Below are positions 50,289-63,739 of a stretch of 64,000 nt of DNA, piece after piece. The position numbers were made by a program, and so were the translations under genes. Every line of letters begins with the position of its first letter. Positions within the stretch are counted from its first letter, which is position 1. Below the pieces are notes generated by a model, which was given only the letters and a program-made list of their open reading frames with translations, made no database searches and had not been told where the DNA came from. The DNA is from Lepidodermella squamata (lineage: Eukaryota > Animalia > Gastrotricha), in the NCBI GenBank assembly GCA_047495785.1, contig JBLDXI010000064.1:682001-746000 (forward strand), in the 5' to 3' direction.

Positions 50289-52141
50289 AGTAGCAGTAGT
50301 AGTAGTAGATGTGTTCGTAAAACGAAAAATCGAAAGTTAACAGGTGAAATATTTCTAAATTGGAAAAAGGTAAACATTTTCTCATTTAGTAATGACAATA
50401 TTATAGATTAAAAAACCCGGAATTTTTAGTCGGGTTTTTCTGCCGTCACAGGTGCATGGCCTTTACAAAACAAAAATATAGTTTATCGCAAGAAAAAAAC
50501 ACGGATAATTTGAGAAAAATAAAAAAAAATCACGAAAAAAGTCACTGTTGCAACCGGGTAAAATACCGAAAATAACTGAACCATCGGGGTCTTCCGAGTT
50601 TTCCCGGTTAATGTTTTTCTTCGGTTAAATCGCGTAAAAAATGGAGTAATTGCCATCTTTTACCATTCTGCTAGGTCCGACTGAAAACGGACTCCTGAGA
50701 GAAAATGAAGTCATTTTCCAGCTAGCTGCCTAAATGCACCCAGCCTAGTTAACAACTTAAGAAGCTTACATCAGCCAGAAGCAGAGTTCCCTATCTCAAA
50801 TTGAATTAGGTTTCCCCAAGACAGCGCGCTCAATACCGGCATCACGGGTGTCAAGCGTTTTCGCAGGGCTGTTAAATAGAAATAAAGTAAAAAAAATCAC
50901 ACTATCAGATCACGAACACATTGTTCACATACAGTTGTTCAGCGCCACGTGGCGCGTATTTTCTATGGCGTGTTATTTTTCATGATTTTTTGCCATATCT
51001 TTGTAGCGTCTTATTCATATTTTAACTCTACAGCTATTACTATTTACATGGCACAAAATCAAGCAAATAGCCACTATAAGGTAATAAAAGGATATAACAC
51101 GAAAGCCCCAGCTTTTGGCAATTTAGGTTAGTCGTTAATAAAATTGTCCGGGTCGCTGTTTATTTAGGTCACGATTGCACCAATAATCACCGCCATCAAA
51201 AGACCATGACTCTTTTATCATACACATAGAAATAAAGCGTACGAAGGCCAAGTGAACAAAAGCCAACTTTTATTGTTCAATATTCAGCTATTTTCACAAA
51301 CCAATGTTAACGGGTTTCAACAAATATTTCGACGCTTCATGACGTGATCACGAGAATTAACAAGATAATAGGATCATTATTTTTTCATCAGAATAATTCC
51401 GATTTTTTAGGTTGTTCAACGATAAATGCAAGTGTTAAAATTATTCCAAAAAAACCAAAAAATACACATTTGGAATAATTTGGAAAAATACCCTTTCCAG
51501 AAGAAACTATAGGTCCTTGACAAATATCAGGGTTGTGATCGAAATATAAGTGTAAATTTTCAATTTTGAATGCGAGAATATTCGAAATATTGCACATCAA
51601 TGTAGAAGAAAAGCTGGATAATTTTAAATATTTGTCAAATTCAAATTACCACTTAATGAATTTTTTAGACATTCCATCAAAAAATAGAAAAAAGTCATTT
51701 TATTTCTCTGAAGAATTGGTTAGCAGTAATATAGGAGGATAAAAGATGACCATCGAGGTATAGAATATAGAAAATACTAGCCGGAAACATACGCAGAAAA
51801 ATGCTAATTTTAAAATTGTCAACAAATTCAGAATTTTCGTGAAAACCTAAATCGAAAATTTATGGATTGAAAAATTAAAAAAAAATGAAAAAAAATATTA
51901 GGAAATGTACGTTTAAAATTCGTTTTCTGTTACAAAAAACGGCAGATACTGAAATTATTTCATGAAGGCAAACTATTTACAATATTGCAGCAAATATTCC
52001 ATACTTCTAATCAAAATATTGGTGCCAACGGCCACGCTTTATGAAGACAACTCATGACTATCAAGATATTATGCCAAATTTTACAAAATCAATGAAAATA
52101 ATATTTACACACAATATGTCCGTTTTATGAGTTTTGTTGAG

Positions 52142-54358
52142 TCAGGCGTCATCCACAGCATTGTTTACGGCGTTTTCAACTTCATCGTTCGCCGGGGCTA
52201 CGTCGAGGCCCTCGTTGTTGTTCCCGGCTAGAACGTCGCCGTTACCGTAGTCCAACGCGGCTTCGTTGATGTTGTTGTCATCGAAGATGTCAACGTTGTA
52301 GTTGTCGTTTGCATCCTGGTAGTTGTTGTCGTCCAGGATGTCAACGTGACCGTTGTCGAGGCCGTTAATGCCATGGTCATGGGCTTCAGGGTCATTTTGA
52401 GCATCGCCATTGTGGCCATTGGCTTGATTGGCGAATCTAGGAGCAGGTAGTTCGAACATGGGCAGCGGTGCCCCCAGCGGTACTAGTTTCGCGACGTGGG
52501 TCTTGTTGATGGTCGCGACATCCTCGCCCCCAGCTTTGGAAGACTTGACCCACAGGAGCAAGCGAAATCCTCCGACATGCGCCTCCATTGAGCGGATGAT
52601 ATGCTCGGCCACATCGTTCAAGTCGACATCCGTAATTTCGCCATGCATTATGGCTGATGGCACAAGCTGGCTCATCAGCTCGAATGAGTAGTACACCTCC
52701 ACGAGCAACTCGCCCAATTCATGACACGAAATCAATATCCCGGGAAGCCATCGCACCGTCACAAACCTTGGGCCAAGGCAATAGCAGCCGACACCATACC
52801 GGCCGTCGCAAGACTTTCGGCAGGCCTTCGAGAACACTACGTCGTTCACAAACAGCTGGGCAGCCGTAAATCGGTATGAAAAGAACCGTTCGCGCACCGG
52901 AACTCCGCCGGCTGGCAGCGGAACCGTGACTTGCATCACCGGGCGCTGGTTGCGAGTCGGGGCGATGCAGTCCGTGCTCAACACCTCCATCTCTCGCCAA
53001 TTTTCCTGAAGCATGGCCGGGCGGCTGAGGGCGACTACTGTACCGGGACTCAGTTCGTCGATGAAATGCATGGATAGACGGCCGAACTCGGAGTCGTTCA
53101 CTTTCACAACGAAAACGCTGTCATCCATGTCGACTCGCCTAAATAACAACGAAAATAAATTCAGATCAGAAAAAGCAGCGTCATATTTTCCTTCACAGCT
53201 TAACATAACGAGGATTTATTTCTTAATTTTCAACAAAACATTTTTCAATTTTCAAGTATTTTTTAAATAATTTTTAATTTTATTTGTTAATTTCGATAAT
53301 AAAAAACTATTCTAAAATGATAGTTAATAATTGTCTTTCCCTGCGTAATTTTTAAAAATTTTTAATAATTTCAAAAATTAATAATTAAATGCAAATAGGT
53401 AACGTGGCAGAAGTAGGTGGTATTCAAGAATATTTCATGCGTGAAACAAAATTCTCAGAAATTTTGAAAATTTTGAAAATATAAATAAAAATTACAATCG
53501 ACAACAAATTTTTTTTAATCCCAATAGCCAATCCCGGGAAAAATTGGAAAATGACAAGTAAATTAAAAAAAATAATCAGCAGCCACAGCAGCCAGCTGAA
53601 AGCTAAACAATTTCGTACAATTTGCTGGAACCACTGACTCGCGCTAAGCCCCATTTCAAAACTTACAGGTAATGAGTGATATCATGATGAATCCTATACG
53701 CCTCCTTCTATCGTATTGTTAAAAAACGAAGAAACCGAACTCACGTTAGGAAAATTAGGTACAAGTACGGGGAGTCATTTCGGCCTCCTCGTTGGCTCAT
53801 GCTGTTGCTGTTGCTGATTGTCGGACGCTTCGTGGTCTTCTCTGCTTTAAACCGCTTTATCGAAATAATAATGCCGAAAGTTGTCGTCCCCATTCGAGGG
53901 GCACGTGTTACCGCCTCCAACCGGATCAAACGAGCGCGCTCGATGGCGCGTAACGCTGTATCACGATCGTTGGCACGTAAATACCGCGAGATACAAGTCA
54001 AACTGTGGAAAATTTTATGTTGTATAGCAAGCAATTCTCCTTAATTTTGAAAGTGATATGTTAAATTATTTTAAATTCGAAAACCGTATCCGGGGGCGTA
54101 TAATTGTTACGAATGCTCAAACTGTAAAAAATTTCTCTAAATACCCGCTAATTGCCCACAGTGAGCCGAACACCAGCTTGCCAAAACTCAAGAGAATATT
54201 CAAATATTCAAAATGTCTCAAATATTCAAAATTTTCGATAAATTCAGGGCAAGACCTAAATATGATTTTAAATTGTGAATTTAGAAAAATTTCTGATATT
54301 TTCGCCATTTTGTTCTCTTCAATATAAATAGTAAAACTTACTCATCGGTTCTTGACAT
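52142..54358 (-). CDS. Helitron companion gene, 3 exons (54358-54342, 54002-53769, 53138-52142), 415 aa; putative OB-fold/Zn-ribbon ssDNA-binding protein with an acidic Asn/Asp tail
   Basis: GT-AG phase-2 junctions give an open 1248-nt frame starting MSRTDDLTCISRY. It has beta-rich segments (TTFGIIISIK, VFVVKV, LSPGTVVALSRP), a Cys cluster ACRKSCDGRYGVGCYC and a D/N-rich C-terminus. The functional call is inference. Confidence 0.65.
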
Positions 54359-56363
54359 TGCGAAAAGTATACTTGGGCAGCAGCTATAGTAATAATAAAA
54401 GCAAGGGGGTCGCAAATCGTCACTAAAAACAAACAGGACAAATATTGAATATTGAAAATTTATTTATTTATTTTAGAAGCTATTACACCCAAAGAGGGAA
54501 GCTTGACAAGGTATAAGGAAAACAGCATATAATTGCTGGACAGGATACAGGATCACATTTAGGACAGGAAAAGTGTTAAACTCCTCTGATCAAATGTACG
54601 ACTATACGACTAAATAACGTTTTAAATCGTCGAGACGGGAAATGATCGATGTGCGATGTATAAGGTGACTGCGAATGGGGTAACAATAGCGAGGTCGAAT
54701 CCGCGACCGGTCTAGTCAGTTACGCACACGCCGATGAGCGTAACGATCTCGGCTCCTGATAAATTCCGCGGTGTATGGGTATAGATTGAGGTGCTGCTCA
54801 TGCCTATAATCATCGACATGATGTGATGCTGTAATTCGCCGCCGATGCAACTCATCGCAGTCACATTCAAAAATAGATAGACATTAATCAAAGATAATAG
54901 GACGATAATATGATGGTGATTATATGATCGAATATTAATAAAATCACTGGTATCACTGATAAAAAACGCTGTGTATACGTATCATTTAGTCATCAACAAA
55001 TTTAAAAAAATTTCACTTCCACTTTAAATTTTATTTCAATTTCAATTAATAAAACTGAATAAATAAGCTGAATTTCCTAATTTTCAAAATTCGTTTTTGA
55101 ATTATGCTATTATCATTGTCGAAACGCTGGACAACAACATCTGAGAAATTTGGCTTTGACAAGGGTGCGCCGTCAAATGGGTGTGTCCTGCGGTACTTGC
55201 AGGGCGTGTATCATCAAACAAGGCGCCCGAGCTACATCTTTCACACGTTAGAATCGTTTATATATCAGAGCCAATCCGCTGAATCATGAAAATGAGAGTG
55301 CTAAGTTGTTCTAAAAAATTAATAAAATTTGACTTTGAAAAAGGGCGTGGCGTCAAATGGGCGCATCCAGTAAATTTGAAGCTTATACTATTTTGAAGGG
55401 CGCCTGGAGTTACCTATTTCTCATGAATACTCTCAATTCAAGTCGCAGTTGAATCATAACCAGGATTAAAAAAATCGAAATTTCAAAATATCCTCGCTAT
55501 ATTTTTTTATCTCATATTATACCGCGTGGCCTATTGACAAAAAACTATGATAGATGTTGACATGCGGTTTTCACCATTCGAAAGCCCGTCGAATTCTCTA
55601 CTTCGTGTTTATTTTTATATCACCGGGACTCTTCCAAATTGTCATGAAAAAACTCTCAAACACGTTGAAATTTCGAAATTTTAAGGTGGATCGGCCGCGC
55701 CTCCTATAGACAAAAAACTATGAGAGCTACGACGATGGGCCTAGTCTCGTTCGAATCGTCTTGAAATTCTACGTCGGCCTGTGCAATGTCAATGTGCGCA
55801 CAAAGCTGCTGCATGTGTTTAACATTTGACAGAAATCGACGCTGAGTGAGTGTGTGAGTGCCGCCGGCGGGCTAAAACAGGCGAAAAAACGCGATTCGCC
55901 GCGTCTTCTATTACTCGACAACCATGAGGGCTACGTTAACGCGGTTGGGCTCTAAAAATTCAGCGCAAAATTTGCTACATTCCAATTGCATTGAAACATG
56001 AGCGCTACCAGAATGAGCTGTCAAATAAATTGAGGAAAATCGAAAAAATTAAAAAATACTTTTTACTAAAAATCAACCGCACGCCAAACGCTATAGTCAA
56101 AGGATATCTTGCGATTCTCGCAGCGGTTTTGGTACCAAAAAATCGGCCATCTTTTCTAGTATCTAAAAATCCGAGTTTGTCACGACGAATTCCGCACCTA
56201 TCTGGGTGTCACCCGCGCCCTGAAAATTTCACACACACTTAGTGGGGGCCACTTTTTCAAGTGCGCGCAGCTTCTAAAATTAATATAAAATCAACCGTTG
56301 ATTGCCCGGCTTTCGAATTTAGACTGTTCGATGCAGAATTTTTCGTAGTATGTCACTGATGCA

Positions 56364-56394
56364 GCCCTCCCCCCAGGGAGGGCCGCAAAACTAG
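56364..56394 (+). mobile_element. Canonical-looking Helitron 3' terminus (hairpin + CTAG|T) of a separate non-autonomous element spanning about 55100-56394
   Basis: GCCCTCCC-ccca-GGGAGGGC stem-loop at 56364-56383, CTAG at 56391-56394, then T. Confidence 0.45.
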
Positions 56395-58519
56395 TTTTAT
56401 ATTGATATTTTGAAAAATCGCGGTACTGTGACCCGGCTCTCGCGTGTGAGGTAATTAACCTCGGTCATGAGGGTGCCGGTAACCGTGACCCAGACGGCGG
56501 CGTAAGCAGCTCATGAATATTAATGAGCAGTGGAGCAGTTTTTTATGAATAAAAAATCGTCAAAAATCAGCCGATCGATGAAAGTTGCTAAAAAGACTTT
56601 TCCCATAACTTCAAAACAAAATCTTTCTACGACTTATTTTTCCGTATTTTTATCGTTAAAATTCGTTTCCCTAGCTTCGTTTTTCGTCCAGCGCAAAACG
56701 CCTCTACCATTGTCGCCTCGACCGGCGAAGCTGAGAGAGAGGCGCTGGACCTCCGGTTCAGGCTGCGGCTCCGCCGCTAGGGGAACCCTATCGGGTTGGT
56801 TCGCGCAATCATCCAGCTCGGCTAAAGTAAAATTTCCAAATAGCGGTCTTCTTACTATATTAATCTTACTATATTAACAGTTTTGCCCTTCACGCAAATC
56901 CGTATCATTTTATTCATCAAAACTGATCAATAAAAAAAAATTGAAAAATTGTCAAGTTAATAGTGAATGATGTTTCACGAGACGCTCGAACAACGGCTGT
57001 GACTGATGCAGAAACCGCAACTGGAGCAGGCCCGATAACCTGTAGAAATTAATTGAACACTAAAATACCTTGTTAATTATTCATCGATACCGTTACGAAT
57101 TGCTGACCGGCCCGTTAAGACTGGTTCGACTGCAAAATCGATTCGCAGGACAAACTTTCAAAAGTTGCGGGTAAATTAAAGAAAACGGAACTAATTTCAA
57201 AATTACCTTGAACATTCGATAAATATCTGACTTGTCCAAATTGCATGGTCGACACACCTGGTAGCAAGGCAAGGATGAAGCTCAGAATGCGAAATTGAGG
57301 CCGGACGAAAAATTCTTACTAAATAGGACATAGGGATGGATGTTTTGGAATTGAAAACAAAAATATGATGATTTGAAGGAACCAAAAAGCCACATTTTTG
57401 AAGCATGGCGTGATTACGCAACACCCCGAGGCCTGTGTGCACAACAATCGAGCGCCCCAATAACAATGATTATGCCCTATTTCAGCTTTTATTTAGAGCG
57501 ACAATTTTCAGTCATAAAAAATTTGGCATTTAAGAAAAATCCAAATTATCGAATTTTGCTGTCATTCTTATATTTTAAATAATAGTTCAGGCTGAAAACG
57601 ATAAAAATTCGGTAATTTTTAGGATCCAGGTAAATAATTAAGAAAAATTAGGAAAAATCGAGAAAAACGAGAAATTTCATGATAAATAAAAACAGATTGA
57701 TCCGGATAGGTAGAAGGCAGTTTTCGAGCCAGGGAATTTTCGGCAAAAAACTAGAGGTCGAGGCATCGAATTTCGTTCACTTTCGTTCACTATTTCTCAC
57801 TTCGCAGTGAGAATAAAGAAAAATTGAAAGTTTTTAACGGCGGCGAAGAAATATTTTACCTGGCAGTTAACTTCGGGTCGCAAAATGCCGAATTTCCCAA
57901 GTTTCATGAAAAACTGTCAATTTCGCGAAGTTACTGCGGTTTCCAGCTTTTAACTTCCAGTTTTTTCCAAAAACTGCAGTAAGTTTTGAAAAAAGATGAA
58001 AAATGACAGTAAACGGCGTTTTCAGGCAGTTTCTTGCAATTCCCACTGGAACTTGGCAGTATTTCGCAAAAAACGTGCACTTGCTGCTCAGGGATACGCG
58101 TCATGTTCGTGTCGAAATTATAGCGGAGCGTAAAAGAATGCTTGTAAATTTATATTGGAAAATATTTTCAGTTTCAACATCAACAGCAACAGCGACATGA
58201 TTAAATTATTTAATCTCGAATATCAAAGTAATTCAGCCCGGGGGCGAATCAAAACTGTCATTTCTATCATTTTATCCTCAAGTTTGCCGGATATGACTAG
58301 CGCCCATATGTTGTACGTGCCCCTTGATGTTTGATACAGTGTCAAAAAGACTTGTTAGTGTGAAATTCTTGGTTAGCAGGATACTTAAGTAGACAGGTGT
58401 CTAATTTGTATAGAATCATTTCCGAACGGAATCGACATGCTGAGAGCTTCCCGAACAGCCGATCCTCATTCACAGGTTCAGGACTGATCTTTTCATCTCA
58501 GTGTGAAACAAACTGAAAA

Positions 58520-60014
58520 ATGACGAAAAATGTGTCTATCTTCACTGCAACGGCGTCTCTGATGCCATTCACGAGCTCGTGGATTCTGGCTGATTTGCCG
58601 GACCGCGGTTTTAATGGCTCGAGGCCGTACTTTATCGGGTGGATGCACGACCTGAGCGCCACATCGATTGAGCAACGACTGCCCTACTCCCTGTCCGTTG
58701 TGATAATCGCAGTTCTTGGAAGTCTAGCCAGCATAGCAAATGTCGCAATCTACTACCGCCGCAATGTCAAACGCGATTTCCTCATGCTATGTTCAATTGT
58801 GGCAGCTAGAAACGTCGTGTGGTCTATCACGTGGTCCTTTGCAGTTCTAGTGCCATTGAAGACCGGCTTCTGGGAGGCAGAGCCCGCGGCTTGTGATGTT
58901 GTTTTCTGGATCATTGCAGGGCTGGGCGCGTTCGGTTGTTACGCGAACATGCTCATCAGCTACGAGAGACGGCAGTGTGTTTGCTCGATGGCCCTGTACC
59001 GACCGAGCTCATTGAAAGTAAGTCTACTATTATTTATGTGTGGTTTTTATAATATTCGAAGAAATGAGATATCATCAAGGCGGGAAGTATAGGAAATTGG
59101 AAAGCTTCTGAGGAATTCCACAACCGGCTACAAATTCTTTTTTTTCAGCTCATGCTCCTCGCGGCTGGGTTCTTGCTATTCTGTTGCGGATGGGCGGCAG
59201 TTTACACCTAGCGCCGTACCAGTCGCTCACTGTCCAGCGATTAGTTATCAACGGCATCAACAACAACACAGCTGTCTCGCTATGTGGCTCGTTCGGTTAT
59301 AGGTTCATCGGTGAATCGGACACTGTTGTGCTGATCATGGCGTACTATCTCTTTGCAGTGCAAGCATCTTCTCTCGGATTGGCTTACAACTATTGGTGAG
59401 TTAACGCGTGAAGACCTTGGTAAAGACGTGTTACTTTTAATTGCAAACAAACGCGTTCACTCGAACTATTCTGAAAGCAGAGTTTTGAAAAAAGATCAAA
59501 AATTTGCGTTCACACCTTCAAGGTTCAAGGAATATTTCGCATGGTGAATGTATGACACAACCCAGTTTCAATGTTAACATATTTTCGCTTCAGGAGAATG
59601 TTCGCTCACATTAGAGCGGTTCGCCTCAGATGGCGCGATCAGGTGTCGAATACTCTTCAATCGAAAATCAGAGACAAGTGGCGACAGCGTGAAGTTTTCA
59701 TCGCAAAACAGTCGATCGCTGCTTTCTTGGTGTACAGCGCATTTCATCTGCCGTTGGCTGTTCACTTCGCCCTTCAGCTAGGCTACGTTGAAATCGGGCC
59801 GCGATTTGCCTCTGGAATCCTCAACGAATGCGGCGCCATTTGCCTGCTTATCGAAATGGTTGTGTCTTCGGTGATCAAATCGGTGAAGCCAGGCTTCTCG
59901 CGCAAATTGCCGTGGTTACGTCGCAACAACCAGGTGACTGCCTCCGTCAAGACGCCATGTAGTAGTCCGTGTACCAATCGGAAATCACCGGCGACTATAA
60001 GAAAACTAATTTGA
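58520..60014 (+). pseudogene. 7TM receptor copy B3 (58520..59017, 59149..59395, 59594..60014) with a 1-bp frameshift near 59208
   Basis: The exon-2 frame from 59149 hits TAG after ...GTT TAC ACC; homology to B2 resumes in another frame (APYQSL). Could be a sequencing error. Confidence 0.7.
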
Positions 60015-60928
60015 ATATTGGCGAAACAAAAGAGAACGCACGAAACAGATCGGCCTCTATCTTATTTTGATTGGTGGTTGGTTGGTGGTGGGTTTTTACC
60101 GGAAAGAAAACGGTAGATTTGGTGTCTTCCCTTCTAATAAGCCACTATACTTGACAAGGTTTCATGATTGTCCCAGGCAGATCGTTGACCGCATTGTCTT
60201 TGTTTGCAATGAGCTCCCTAGACTGAAAAAACTAAAAATTCAACGTAAAAGCTCAATGTAGCGAGTCTTTAATAGATCATAAGTGAATTCATAATAATAA
60301 ATTATCTGCTTTCAATCAATCTGCATTATTACAGAGGAAAGCATTTCTTTTAGCTCATTCACTTGTCACTAGCGTTTCTGAATTGATGTCTCGGCTCCAT
60401 CAGTGGACTCGGATAGGTTTGCGTAACATATTTGACTGAGATCGACCACATGTATCAGCCTACGAAATCGAGGTTTTGGCTGAATCTAAAAAGCTAAATA
60501 GCTAAGTGTTATCCTAGTTTCTGATGGCACTTACGGCGGCACTTATCGTGATTCGTGATCCCATACAAGGGGGACTCTGGAATCGTTTCAATGACACCTC
60601 ACCACCGACATCCGCTCATTATTAGGAAGCGAAGCTCTAGCCGGAAAACACAACTCATCCGAAACCTGCACACTTCAATCTCGCCGCCGCATATGTATTT
60701 CCTACCAGCTAAGGTGGGGAAGTGACGTGCGGTCTCACCCGACGTTTTCCATTTGCTGCCGATATTGAGCACCATTGCTTGCGGCGGATTCTTTTCCCGC
60801 TAATCATAGTACACATGCGGGGAGTTTGCGGGGTAGAAAAAGCTGACGAAAGCTTGAAATCATCCGTCCGGTAGGGATGAGTGGATGAAACTGCTCGCGC
60901 TAGCCGCATTACCCAGAGACGCGGCATC

Positions 60929-61739
60929 ATGAACAACAGCACGGTAGCGCTTCGAGCGAAGCCACCAGCAGCAGCAGTCCTGCTGCCGGGCGGGGTCTGG
61001 ATCGAGGCTGATATCGAAGACCGCGGCTTCAACGGCTCACGGCCGTACTTCATCGGCTACTTCCACGACCTGAGCAGACCCTCAATCGAAGGTCGACTGC
61101 CCTACACGCTGACCGTAGTCATACTAGCCGTGTTTGCTATCGCTGCAAGCATCGCTAACTTGGTAGTCTACTACAAACGCGGCGTCAACAGCAGTTTCAT
61201 CATGCTGTGCTGCATGCTCACTGTTCGCAACATCATCTGGGCTGTGAATTGCTGCGTCAGCATGTTGATTACTCTGCCAACTGGCTACTGGGAAGCCAGC
61301 CCGATCGCGTGTTCGCTCGTTTTTTGGATATCTGGCGTGTTCGCGGCTTTCGGTAGTTTTGTCAACTTTCTCATCAGCTGCGAACGGCGCCTCTGCGTCT
61401 TTTCGACCACCATGTATCGAACCAGCTCGGCTAAAGTAAGAACCCGAACCGCAGTCTTTCCACATGAATTATATGCTTACATTCGTTTTAGCTGTTAATT
61501 CTCGCCGCCTTTTCCCTCGTTATTTGCGGAGTTACTGTTGGGTCATATTCTTTCGCTCCGTTGCCCGTCATGGCCCACCAGCGGCTGGTCGTCGAAGGCA
61601 TCAACAACAACACAGCCATCGATTTGTGCAGCTGGTTCCCGTACCGCTTCGTCGGTTCTTCCGATTCAATCGTCCTAATCCTCATTGTTTACCTCACCGT
61701 CATTCAAGCAACAACGCTTGGTTTAGCCTATAATTACTG
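60929..61739 (+). pseudogene. 7TM receptor copy C3: exons 1-2 intact (60929..61435, 61492..61739), exon 3 not found
   Basis: Only a trace of the exon-3 start near 61815; no TM6-TM7 coding before the next copy. Confidence 0.65.
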
Positions 61740-63259
61740 GTAAATTTGTCCTGGATTAGATTAAATTTGTCGTGATTAGATTCGAATCTAATCATGATCA
61801 CTGTGTTATGTCGAAAGATATTTTTTAAATTTCACATCAAACTGTGGGCATGAGTTAAGGAGGACACATAGAGGATTTATGGAAGGATTTAACCTGCGTG
61901 TTGAAATGCAACAGTGTGAGTCAGTAGTAGTAGTAGTAGTCCGCTAAAGAAATACTGATAAGCCACAGAGAGGACTTTTCGACGTTTCGGTCAGATAAAT
62001 TCAAATTATTAAAGAGTGCCGCTGAAAAGTCTATTTCACTGAGAAAGATGAGAAAGTTTAAAAGTTTCGTACATAATTATTTGCCTATTTGCACAGGTCA
62101 CGGGTTAGTAATGTAAATCCCAAAAATTTGGGAAAGTTCAGGAATAATGTACAAATAATCAAAGACAAAATTGCAGGAAATCTGAAAACTTCATTAGGAC
62201 CACGCAAAATATTCGGAATTGGTGCTGGAAAATGACCGGAACGGTTGGAAAGAAATGTTTACTTTTTGAAAAGGCATGATTAAGTACAAGTGGGCCCTTT
62301 GATTAATGAATAATATGAGGCGATTTCGGCTTCACATTTCCATAAGATAGAGACAGGGCCGAAGTCGCTTGCTACGACTCATATTGCTTTTCGAAGTTGG
62401 AAACATATTAATAATGTACTTCAACTGCTATTTCAGACGCGAATTTGAGTTGGTGAGTTTTATCGCCATGCTTCTCTCGTTTCTAAACGCTTCCTGTCTC
62501 AACTACTACTAATAGTAAAATGAAGCCTTACCGGTCGCGAATACCGGTAAAAATGCCATAGAAACAATTAATTCCCAGAATATTCCCGAGTACCGCAGCG
62601 GATGGCTGGGATCATTCGAACAAGTTCACTCGGTCCGTGTCTCGGCACTCCGAAGACCCGGCCAAAGGCAAAAGGCTCGGTACACCTTATGACGATTTCC
62701 ATCATCCTTACCAGTTCTGCAGTCCTAGTACCTAGATGGTGAAATAACCTGGTCGATTTCAAGAAATGGCTTTTAAAAAATCAAACTTTTCATGTAAATG
62801 TGTTATCCAAGGTTGTCGAAAAATTCGGCGAATAAAATTAAGGAGGGGTTTTTCATTCATTTTTTGTTTAAATGTAGCATCGTGAGTGTGCACTCTGATC
62901 ACTACGTACTACGGTCTATATGCTTAAAACAATTCAGGTGTTATGTAAAATGTGAATGAAGCGTCGATATTTAGGCCAAATAAGCCCGACAAATATGTCA
63001 TATTAATCAGTTTTTATGTGTACCAATATATGTAGCAGAGCCGACATATGGCGATACAGAAAATGGCGGATTGACACGTTTTTTTACTTCCGCTTCTAAC
63101 TCGTAATTCGATCCCATATGTGGCGTAGAATCAAAGCTGGGATATTGTGGCTGAGCTCGAACGGAAGCAGGTAAAGCATCATCCACCCATTCAGGAATGG
63201 ACGCAAGGCTCATGGGAAGTTATAGACAATTACTTCAGTAACATTGAAGCCATTCAAAA

Positions 63260-63739
63260 ATGACGAATGCTTCAGCGTCCTTGATTCCGTTCACAAGCTC
63301 GTGGATTCTGGCTGATTTGCCTGACCGTGGCTTCAATGGCTCGAGGCCGTACTTCATCGGCTGGTTCCACGACTTGAGCGCTCAATCGATCGAAGACCGG
63401 CTCCCGTACACGCTAACTGTTTTAATAATGGCGATTCTCGGAAGTCTAGCCAGCATCGCGAACGTCGTAATCTACCACCGCCGCAATGTCAAACGAGACT
63501 TCCTGATGCTGTGCTCTCTGGTTGCGATTAGGAATGTTTTATGGTCCGCAAACTGGTCCTACGCTGTGCTGGTACCTTTGAAGACGGGCTTCTGGGAGGC
63601 AGGCTCAGCAGCTTGCTCTACTGTTTATTGGAACACGGCTACACTGGGCGGCTTCGGCTGTTTCGCGAACATGCTCATCAGCTACGAGAGGCGACTGTGC
63701 GCATGCTCAACATCGCTATACCGCTCCAGTGCATCGAAA
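63260..63739 (+). CDS. 7TM receptor copy B4, exon 1 (gene continues beyond the window)
   Basis: SSWILADLPDRGFNGSRPYFIGWFHDL...ISYERR, with the conserved AAA|GTAAGT donor at 63740. Confidence 0.8.

Larger units (their letters stand above)
33142..55000 (-). mobile_element. Large autonomous Helitron-like (rolling-circle) element with two spliced genes; right boundary approximate (somewhere in 54400-58300)
   Basis: Contains an HUH/Y2 Rep plus PIF1 helicase gene. Left junction is a T-run on the element strand, with GC stem-loops at about 33240-33285. Confidence 0.75.

Noticed and set aside
33142-55000. Endogenous DNA virus
   Set aside because: No capsid, packaging ATPase or polymerase recognised; the Rep-PIF1 fusion with host-type introns fits a Helitron.
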